Below, in pieces: positions 54,258 to 64,000 of a stretch of 64,000 nucleotides of DNA. Source of the stretch: Eledone cirrhosa (lineage: Eukaryota). A program made the translations under genes and the position numbers. The stretch covers positions 409,014,001 through 409,078,000 of the forward strand of contig OZ024740.1 in assembly GCA_964016885.1 (NCBI GenBank), in the 5' to 3' direction. Within the stretch, counting starts at the first letter, position 1. Each line of letters begins with the position of its first letter. Under the pieces are notes generated by a model. The model was not told the DNA's origin. It saw only the letters and a program-made list of their open reading frames with translations, and made no database searches.

Positions 54258-55188
54258 GTTAGTTTATTTTTCTACAATTTTTTTAAAATCTATTATTTGT
54301 TATTTGTTCATGTTTATCGTGAAGTAATAACTTGACAAATTCTGTTCCTCGTTCTCCCGACCCTAGTTAACTCTTATTTGCCAGTATCACCATCATCAAC
54401 AACATCCTATGTCCACTTTTCAATGCGTGCATGGGTTGGATGGGTCTTTTCAAGCACAACATCCCTCTGCCAAAGTTTTCCTTGGTCTTCCTCTACTGCA
54501 GCTTCCTTCCTCTGGGATTTCTTGGCACTTCTTCACCCAATGGTCATCATCCTTGGAAATATAATAGAGAATCTGTAAGATGTCAAATGATAAAATATTT
54601 AACAAATTAAAATGAAAAAAAAAAAAAGTAAACAATACTCTGTGTGTGTGTGTGTGTGTGATAGCAAGACATTTTTGGATGCTGCCGGCAAATGTTGATT
54701 AAAATATGTTTTCTGTTTTCGTTTTTTAATTATATGCTAGTGTTAAATCACCTTTAGCAATCTAGGTTAAGAACACTACAAATTAATACAAGGCTATTTA
54801 AAGTATCTTATTTCATCCATCTAATTAAGATGTGCAAAACTCATAAAAACAAAAACAGCCGAATCTTTTATTGCTTCTCTAAACTGGAACTGTGTTCTCT
54901 TGTACATTTCCACTATAATAGTCTTGGAACTTATAAAATGGCCCAGACATCAATCTAGATACTGAAACAACCTCACCTTTACATTACTCATTCCCACCTC
55001 ACAACCAAGCACTGTAATCTGTGAAGTCCTAGAATAGACTAAAGTATAGTTTATCCACTGTGATAGACTATTGGATTGTTCTGAAACAATTTATTTTGTC
55101 ATATGTCCATTTACAGAAGAAACTGTATGAATAGCAGTACTTATTTCATTTAGAGATTGGTTTTATTTTATGTTTTGTTTATTTACAG

Positions 55189-55241
55189 AAATGAAAAAAG
55201 AGTTTTGAATGACATCAAATTTGATTTTACACCAGGGCAAG
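55189..55241 (+). CDS. OXSR1: OSR1/SPAK CCT-domain exon (NEKRVLNDIKFDFTPGQ), phase 2-1
   Basis: atttacag acceptor; AAG|gtaaat donor; matches NSKKELNDIRFEFTPGR recalled from OXSR1. Confidence 0.95.
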
Positions 55242-56562
55242 GTAAATTTGAATGCAGATTGTATTTTTGAATATCGTGTCTTCTGAATGTACTTGGTTTG
55301 TTATGCTTCACTTTAAATTACAGTATTTCACTCTTGAAACTATATTATTCTGGAAATTTTTGTTAGTACTTTTTTATAATGTACAATATTTTAAAGTCAT
55401 CACACATACTTTTCTGAAAACTATTGTGTTTGACATTTCAGGAGAAACTATGTAAATAGCCTTTTTTATCATACATCATCATCCCCATTTTACATCTGCT
55501 TTTCATGCTGGCAAGAGTTGGACAGGTCACGATCCAAGCCCTGACTGGTCAGAGAACCATGTCTTTCTAATAAACACCATATTTTGCCTTGGTTTCTACG
55601 ACTGGATGTGGTTCCTAATGCCAACCACTTTACAGAGTCAGGTGCTTATACACACACAGTATTAACCGCTTCCTTTTACATCTGCCTTTCCATGCTGGCT
55701 TCCCTCTACTCGTATTCCTTTGTCATCCTCTCTGTAAGATCTTAGTAAATATTAGTTGTAAGTTTGAAGCAGTAGACATTGTCCAGGCAGTAGAGAAATG
55801 TGTTAAAAAGATAACTGGATTTTGTTTTAAGAAATTGATATTAATTTCTGACATTGACACAAGGCCACAGATTTTTAAAAGGAGGTCATAATCAATTAAA
55901 CAACCCCAGTACTTGATTGATACTTTATTAATTTTGTAGAATGAAAGGCATATTTGACCTCCATAAATATTAGTGTCAAGTAGAGATCTAACTTCAGTTT
56001 GTTGTTTGTGCCTACTCTTACCTATGATAATGAATCTGTGATAATGGCTGAAAGAATACGACAAGTGGCCAAAATGGGGTTTCTCTGAAGGATCTTTGGA
56101 GTATTATTATTCAATAGGGTATGTAACTTGAGGATCAGAGAGTCACTCTAGGTAGAGCTGCTATTTCCCCAAATCAGGAGATCGCACTCCGATACTACAG
56201 GCATGTGGTTAGAATGTTTCAGAAAAGAATCACTGGACAAATTTATGGGCAAAACCAATGGCAGGAGATCCAAAAGTAGACTACAAGAAAGATTGTTGGA
56301 TAATCTCCATGAACTCAGTTGGTCTCGCTTAGGGATCCAGCCAGATCAATTGGTAATGGTTGCTTCTGATAAGGCTTTCTAGAAGACATGTCTGAGACTC
56401 TGCCCTCATTATACACCCAGAAATAAGTAGAGAAGGTAGGACAAGAAGGCTTTACTGTTTTTAGATTTGTGCCTCTATTTTTCACTACGTCACATATCGC
56501 ATTGAAGAAAAAAGATGAAAATATACTACACACTTTTGAGACGAGATTCCTGATGTCACTCA

Positions 56563-56703
56563 TACTGATGTTACGGTATTATTCTCAAAATAAATATCAA
56601 AATCTCATAGATTCAATATTACGTGAGATAATTATGAGAAATAAAGCCTTTACCATGAAAATATAATAGTATATATAGAGTAATGTAAATGCTAAAGGGT
56701 TAA
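56563..56703 (-). mobile_element. Partial TTAA MITE (one end only)
   Basis: Matches 42835-42962. Confidence 0.8.
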
Positions 56704-57320
56704 AGCAACATAAAGCTAATCTCTTACTATAACCCACTCTCACTCTTCTTGTTTGCCAATCAGTGCAGTGGGATAAACACATCCTTCCATTCACTTACTT
56801 GTTACTCTCTTCCTCTCTATTTTTCGTTTGACAGCCTTTACACCCACACTATCGCCTTAACATGACAACAAACAAAAACACTAAACTCATTATTATTTTA
56901 GGATTGGTAGGCTGTGACTGTTGGCACCTCTCTTCCTCTAATATCTTTTTTATATTCTGCCATAACCACAATAACCTCTTTAATCAGGGAGAACCTGCAA
57001 AGGCTATAGTCACTGCCCTTCCTTCTTAGGGTATAACATTTAAAAAATGCTAAACCTGTACTTCATGAAAGTCTTGGAAAGAGAATTAATAGAAATTATT
57101 ATCAGGCATGTGAGACAAGCGAAGCCAAAGGCTGATTTTTGGTTATGTAACTTTGCATCTACTACCAATACTAATATATTTTATATGACTGCACTTCGTT
57201 GTTTAGAATAAATAGACATGGTTGAGATATTGTTTATAATAGGTATACATAAGTACATTTGCTAGTTTATTTTCTTTTTGTTTCTAAATTCAAAAATTTG
57301 TTATTGTTTTTTCGTTTTAG

Positions 57321-57389
57321 ATACATCCGATAGTGTCTCCAGAGAACTGGTTGAAGCTGGTCTTGTTGATGGCCGGGATTTAATTGTTG
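57321..57389 (+). CDS. OXSR1: OSR1/SPAK CCT-domain exon (DTSDSVSRELVEAGLVDGRDLIV), phase 1-1
   Basis: ttcgttttag acceptor; TTG|gtaagt donor; matches DTAEGVSQELISAGLVDGRDLVIV recalled from OXSR1. Confidence 0.96.
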
Positions 57390-58279
57390 GTAAGTCATAA
57401 TTTTCTTTTTTTCCAAATGGTTTTATAATTGTGCACTCATATTGCAGTATTTTTTATAGTTTAGACAAGAATGTCAGTGCCAATGACCTTTGCTGGGCCT
57501 CTGATACTGGTGTGGAGTGTGGGTCATGTCAAATTATTTACAGATTAGTTTAAATGGGTGCAATGGGGGTTCTGGATTCTACTAAATGCAGCAAAGTGAC
57601 AGTTGATGGAGATAATGGTGTTAAGCCCAGCGGTGAATTACATCTGCCATCCAAATGTTGCTAGTCTGTCAGGAAATTCCATTGGATTTATTTGAAATGA
57701 AAAAAATATAAAAATAAAATAGAATGATTTAAAGACTGCAAAAAGTACAACACAGCAGCATGACTATCACATTGAATATTAAAGCTGTTACTGCAAAATT
57801 TCACAATTTGTCCACTTGTAAAGATGCTACAAACTTTTGAATTAACAAACAGTTTTTAGATATTTTCTGCTGAATCATTACAGAATATTAAGTTAAACCA
57901 ATGTACTTTGATTCTTGTTAATTCAGATATAGAACTTATTCTTGGTGGATTATATTAATTAAATATAAATTTTTATTTAAACTAATTTAATTAATAACAT
58001 CAAGATTACATTGAGTAAAAATGTGTAAAAGAACTAAAAATAGCTGCGATATCAGAATTCATTTAGAATCAAATCCTGCCTATAGATGTTTGTGTTTTGA
58101 AGTGTGTTAATTTCTGATGTAAAATGCTCAGTGATTGTTTGTATTAAGTAACTATTATTAGTTTGAACCAATCAGGAAGTGTTTTCTGAATAATCTTAGC
58201 AATGTAATAGTTAGTTTCAAGCTACATGCTAGAGACAAAACCATGTTGTTTTTAGAAGGAAAAGTTTTCTTACAAAAAT

Positions 58280-58620
58280 ATGGCATCAAATAGTGAAAGT
58301 GGTTATATCTTCGAAGGCTTTACAGAAACTGATGTAGTTGGAGCAAAAAAAACTATGAAATATATTTGGAAAATGAAAAGAATTTATCAGATATTGATTT
58401 AATGTCTGAACCTGACTCTAATGAAGATGTGTCAATGATGAATTTGTAAGGAAACTGAGACGAAAGCGGCCATGACAAACCGACTTTAGAATGGAGTGAT
58501 CGGTTCTCAGAAGTTAATGTTAACATATTTAAAGGAAATCCCAAACTCGTAAATAACTTAGACTCTGAAAAAAACGAAATAGATCTTTTCTTTCTATTAT
58601 TTAATCAATTATTCAATTCT
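58280..58620 (+). pseudogene. Possible piggyBac-like transposase N-terminal relic, interrupted by an RTE insertion
   Basis: Acidic start MASNSESGYIFEGFTETDV...SDIDLMSEPDS, then LEWSD..FKGNP...EIDLFFLLF, as is typical of piggyBac transposase N-termini; frameshifted. Confidence 0.45.
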
Positions 58621-59940
58621 ATTAAAAAGGAGGCCTACAAAGCTTGGCTTGGAAATAAGTCCTCCTTTTTGCACTTGTGATACAAGCAGGCATGAAGTTA
58701 AGACATGGGAGAACTTTAGGGTTAAGCTGGAATCCGACTTCAGATCAGCAAATAAAGTGTTCTGGCAGACCATCTGCTGACTTTGTGATAAAAAGTCCTC
58801 CTCCACACCTGCTATCAGGAATGTGCCTGGAGTTTTCCTCTCTTCAGAGAGATGCATCCTCATGAGTTAGAGAGAATACTTTGCTGATGTCCTGAACCTG
58901 ATCACAACAGCATCTTCTGATGTACACGAGGTGCATCTGGGAGCGGTGACTAATCTCTCAGAGGCTGAAGTCAAGAGCAGTTAAAGAGCTTAAATATGGC
59001 AAGGCCGCTGGGGATGATGAAATCCGGCCCAAGATGTTAAAAGCCTTAAATAGACAAGGTATTCTCTGGCTGACTTGTGTGTGCCAGGTGGCTTGAATCT
59101 CTGGAAAGGCATCTAAGTAATGGCAATCGGGAGTGATAATCCCAATTTTCAAAAAGGGAGAGAATAGAGATTGTTCCAATTACAGAGGGAACTCCTTGTT
59201 AACCCTTTAGAATTCACATTACTCTATATATACTATTATATTTTCATGGTAAAGGCTTTACCTCGCATAATTATCTCGCATAATATTGAAGCTATGAGAT
59301 TTTGAAAGTATTTATTTTGAGAACAATACCTTAACATCAGTTTGAGTGGCCAGTTTCAACAGAAAAAGGTAGAGAATTCTGGCCAGTTTTGGCCAGTTTG
59401 AACATTAAAGGGTTAAGCCTCCCAAGTAAAGTCTATGCTAAGTATCTGGCAAAGAGATGCAGGGAGATTGTCAAGTACAAGCGACCAAAGAGGTATATTC
59501 TTGTTTTGTAGACCACCAAAAGGCATACGACCTGCTGTGGAAGGTTCTGCTGGAGTATGGGATCGATGGTCAGCTTCTTGTTGCCCTGGCGTGTCTATAT
59601 GAATGCCCAAGTATTTGTGTTCGGATAAATGGTGCTAAATCAAAACCATTCAATGTGGGGGTCAGACCCCACCAAGGGTGCGTACTGTCACCTCTCCTGT
59701 TCTTTATTTACATGAACAGGATTGACATGCTCAGCTGGGTTGGAAGTGCTATCATGACAGGTGGGTGTAAAATCAGTCGACTGGAATTTAGACGACGTGG
59801 TGTTACTTAACTTGACAGAAGGTGATCTCTGACTTGCATTTGATAGGTTTGCTGCATGACTGGAATAAATATCAGTGCTGTGCAAACTAAGATACTCGTC
59901 CTCTCAAGGAAGTCTGCGCAGTACACTTTACAAGTGAATG
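58620..59940 (+). mobile_element. Degenerate RTE-clade LINE RT fragment (second family) with a nested MITE
   Basis: GKAAGDDEI, WQSGVIIPIFKKG..DCSNYRG, LLSLPSKVYAK and HQGCVLSPLLFFIYM, with stops and frameshifts. Confidence 0.88.
59199..59416 (+). mobile_element. TTAA-flanked MITE inserted into RTE coding sequence
   Basis: Removing 59203-59416 restores LLSLPSKVYAK, showing that TTAA is a target-site duplication. Confidence 0.92.
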
Positions 59941-60111
59941 TTGAGAGTTAAAGAAAATAATGTTTTTTCATGTTTTTGCTCATATTTTATGATACTAAAT
60001 TGTTTATTTAATTTAATGAAATGCCAATATAATGAATATTTTGCAATATCCTTTAAAAAATTTATTTTTTAACCTTCACCGACAATTTCATGTTTTTATC
60101 TTTATTATTTG

Positions 60112-60296
60112 TGGATTGGCAGTATCGCTAGAGGGTCGGACGCCATGCTTTGACGCATAGAGTTACGGCCCTTGCCATTCTGAGTTCAAATCCTGCCGAG
60201 GTTAACTTTGCCTTTCATCCTTATGGGGTCGATAAAATAAAGTACCAGTAATGTACTGGGTAATTGCTGGCCTTGTGCCAAAAGTAGAAACAATTA
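60112..60296 (+). mobile_element. SINE family B
   Basis: Nearly identical to 24193-24372. Confidence 0.85.
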
Positions 60297-60892
60297 TTTA
60301 TAAACTCACAGCAATGTTTGTATGGACGTGTTAAATAACTATCAAGTTTCACTATTCAGCTTAGGGAACTAGAGTCAAAATATCATAATGTTCAGTGGTG
60401 GCGGTCAAGAAAGAAAGAGTTAATATACATTTCACATAAAATATATTAATATTTAATATATTTTATTTTACTTGCATGTCTTCAAGCCTCCATAGGTAGT
60501 TTGTTCTACTTCTTCTATTTAATGTAGCCAATTTACATATTTGTATCTGTATTTTATGAGCTAGTACATTTAATTATATCTATTTAACCTAAATTCTTTT
60601 GTTGCCATATTTATAATGAAATTCACAGTATTTGAATTGGTGAAGAATTTGGAGTGATTTACTAAGATTATTAATTATTTCGAAATATTCCAACACGGAT
60701 GATTATAATAATAGTCAGTTACTGTCAACAATAGTTAAAAAGTTTGGGTAAAATACCACACAAACTTTTCAAGTATTATTTATAGTGATGGACTATTATT
60801 ATAGTCATCTGCATTGGGACAGCTATATTTCAAATTTTCCCAGTGCTTCTTTAAGTTAACCGGATGTTATTTCATTATTATGATGGTATTAA

Positions 60893-61076
60893 GGGCGGTG
60901 GATTGGCAGTATCGGTAGAGAGTCGGACGCCATGCTTTCCAGCATAGTTACATCCCTTTACGATCTGAGTTCAAATCCCGCCGAGGTTAACTTTGCCTTT
61001 CATCCTTTGGGGGGGGGGGGGGGGATAAAGTACCAGTAATGTACTGAGTAATTGTTGGCTTTGTGCCAAAAGTAGT
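60893..61076 (+). mobile_element. SINE family B
   Basis: Same head and body motifs. Confidence 0.8.
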
Positions 61077-61537
61077 ATCTGGTATCTGTAACAACTTAAC
61101 AAAAGATTATTATATCAAAGAATGTTGGGAGGTTTTAATTTTAAATGGATGGTTTTGTTTTGTAAAATGAGAGGCTGTTTTAGGAAGTTTGGTATCAAAA
61201 GGTTAAATATTAGCATGTAAAATCTAAGATATGACATTAAATAAGGTGAAGTTTATGATTTGGAAAAGTTTATATGGAGAAGAGGAATTTGACATGTATA
61301 GACTGACCCTCTATCATTGAAAACAATTTTTTGTTCTCTTAAAGACAATAGGGTCAGTTCTGAAATGTTAGATTCTGCTAAAAACATCCAAATTGACAGA
61401 CTTCACATTATCTAGTTAAAATAAGGATTGCTTTTCTATGTAATAATTTAAAAAAATTAAATTGAATAATCATAATTTCTAGTGTAATAGAACATTATTG
61501 TACAAATAAATAATGATATTAATTATTCAATTCCCAG

Positions 61538-61602
61538 TTGCTGCTAATTTGCAGAAAGTGTTGGATAACCCAGCTGAAAATAAGAACATTACATTTGCTT
61601 TG
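61538..61602 (+). CDS. OXSR1: OSR1/SPAK CCT-domain exon (VAANLQKVLDNPAENKNITFAL), phase 1-0; final exon lies beyond the window
   Basis: ttcccag acceptor; TTG|gtaaga donor; matches VAANLQKIVEEPQSNRSVTFKL recalled from OXSR1. Confidence 0.95.
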
Positions 61603-62950
61603 GTAAGAGAAATTCTTAAATATTTTACATACAATTTTTAATGTTTGGGGGATCTATGTATATTTGTTTTTGTCAAAGTGATATAGTGTAGGCTGTTTAG
61701 TCTTAAGTCAACAAAGGACATTCCTACCATGACCCTCTCATTTACAATCCTTTATTTAAAATAGTAAGGTGTGATATTGGAGAGTTTCAATTGCCTTTTC
61801 TAGCAGGATGAGGAACCAATTAAAAGCTCCTTTGTTGGGGTGTGAGGTGTGTGTGTCTGTTGTATGTATGTCCATCTCACCAATGATGTTGATGCTGAAT
61901 GGGCAATGATGAAAAACAATGTCCAAATTGTAGCAACAACACACCTTGGATATCAGGTCTAGCTAAATCAGCTCATCTGTGAAATGACCACATTTACTAT
62001 AAAACATAAAGATTAACCACCAAATCTAACCATTTACTATAAACCATGACTATTGGGACTGAATTGCTGCCAATATGGAACATGCAGCTGCAATTTGAGG
62101 TAGCCATAAGATCTACCAAATGAAAAATACTAGGCAAACTATGGACAGTACTACTTGCAACACTTATCACTAATCTTGAATATTATATTTATTGGTGGAG
62201 AGAATTCTTATAAGGCTTGCTCAGCAGAAATCCATATTGCCCTCCGAAAGAGTCCTTGCCATACACAATGGTGAGATTTTGGAAAAAGTTGACGTATTCA
62301 TATATCTTGGCATTGCCTGCACTGTCATAGGCCAAATTAAAGATTAAATGTCTGCATCAGCTATGCAAGCACTGCATTCTGCTTTTTTTCTTTCTAAAAC
62401 TGGCCCTGGCCTATGTTGGAGAGATATCTGACCACAAAAATTTGCATCTTCTGACTTCTTATTTGTACCATCTTTCCATATGGCTTCAAGATGTCACCAA
62501 TGAGAACAACTGACTTGTGTAATATTTGATCATTTCTATCTTTACCAAATCTTCCATATTCTCAATTTTGTGCTAAACACCACTATTCGTTTTCCTTGAA
62601 AAACTCAGAAGGTATTTCCATTGGTTTGGTCATGTATATGTGTGTGTCATCTATTATGGAGGTAGTTGGCAAGAAAGCCCCATAAAAATAGTCGTTTTGT
62701 TCATCTGTCACTTCACATTGGGGTTCATATGCAGAGATCAGTTACCTATGCCTAGTCAAGCTTGATTATTCTGTCACCTGTTCTGACTACTTCAATTGCT
62801 TTTTCATATCCATGCTAGTGTGGAATGTGGACGTTGAACAGTGATGATGATGAGTCATGTGTTTGTATAAATCTTTTGTGTATATATACATATGTTGTTT
62901 AAATATATATAAATATTCAAATATATGTTGCTACTTTTTTACCATATATA

Positions 62951-64000
62951 CAAAGGTGGGCTGAAAAGTTCAAAGTTCATGGGCTAACTATGAAGGGGTG
63001 ATGCTAGAGCTGTTAAATCTTGCATGCATTAATTTCAACTCATTGTTTCTCTCCAGGTAAGATGACTTCAAAAGTAACTAGTGTGACTTCTCTTGAAAAT
63101 GGGCAACATTTGGCAACATGGTGTTATCAAGTATCTGCAGAAAAAGGGTTTAGCCTTTAAGGACATCCAAGCTGACATGGTTGCTATATTATGGGGGATG
63201 ACACTCCAGCTTTATCAACAGTGTAAAAGTGGGCAGCTGAATTTAGGAGGGGAAGGGAGAGTCTTGAAGATGACCCAAGGTCTGGACGTTTCTGCTTAGT
63301 GGGTGCCACGTTTTCAGACCCCTGATCACAAAGCTCACCAGGCTGATCACATCACAGGAAAATCTGACATCGTTTGAGGCAGATCCAGCTGGTTTTCTTG
63401 AATGTTTCCTAACTCAGGATGAGTGTTGGGTTCATCACTGAGCCAGAGGCAAAGAGACAATCCATGCAGTGGAAACACCCCTCCTCACCTGCTCCAAAGA
63501 AGGCCAAGTTCGTTTCATCTGCATGGAAGGTGATGGACTCACTTTCGGGAGATACAAAAGGCATTGTGTTTATTGACTAACTTCAAAAGGGCCACACCAT
63601 CAATGAATAGTACCATGCCAACTTGTTGAGGCAGTTACAAAAGGCTATCAAGACAAAACATCCAGAAAAATTGACAAAAGGGGTCTTGTTTCATCAAGAC
63701 AATGCTCCAGCACACAAGTCCTTGGTTTCAATGGCTGCTGTGTGTGACTGTGGCTTTGAATTGGTTGATCACCCTCCTTATTCTCCTGATTTGGCCCCAC
63801 CTGACTAGATAGCTGGGAAACAGTATTGCAGTGTTGATGACGTCAAATCTGCAGTTTATGACTTTTGTTACCAACAGGATAAGAGGTTCTTTACTACTGG
63901 GATCGAAGCAGTGCAACATCGATGGAAGAAGTGTGTGGGCTGCAAGGAGGACTATGTTGAAAAATAAACCTCATTTGGTCACATTCTGTGTGTGTCTATG
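62951..64000 (+). mobile_element. Decayed mariner transposon
   Basis: TA then caaaggtgggctgaaaagttc end; peptides WVPR, TQDECWVHH, QSMQWKH, FHQDNAPAH and HPPYSPDLAPPD, with stops and frameshifts. Confidence 0.92.

Noticed and set aside
61740-62640. Possible further exon or LINE relic
   Set aside because: Only faint RT-like fragments with many stops; no match to the expected last OSR1 exon (LIGFAQLSI-like).

Overview
AT-rich, repeat-dense animal genomic DNA. The SINE, RTE and microsatellite content suggests a cephalopod, probably Octopus (inference, not tested). The window holds the 3' part of one + strand gene, an OSR1/SPAK (OXSR1/STK39/Fray) Ste20 kinase. Six phase-compatible exons were read by eye: 1511-1537, 37836-38579, 54217-54257, 55189-55241, 57321-57389 and 61538-61602. 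They encode SPRVLNNIE, a 248-aa S/T/P/A-rich linker, and most of the C-terminal CCT domain. The kinase domain and the last exon lie outside the window. The introns hold RTE LINE fragments, two SINE families, TTAA-flanked MITEs, maT (DD37D) and mariner relics, a non-autonomous Helitron, Penelope-like element (PLE) relics, very long microsatellites and a 200-N gap. The main signal the ORF track does not explain is a cluster of hammerhead-ribozyme (HHR) motifs in (TA)n-flanked elements. These are a near-identical 310-bp tandem-plus-inverted array with one HHR per unit (retrozyme-like, 24972-27642), several long palindromes with an HHR in each arm and stem II from 14 to about 100 nt, and single HHRs at the ends of PLE relics. 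All folding and homology calls were made by eye; no search or folding program was run.
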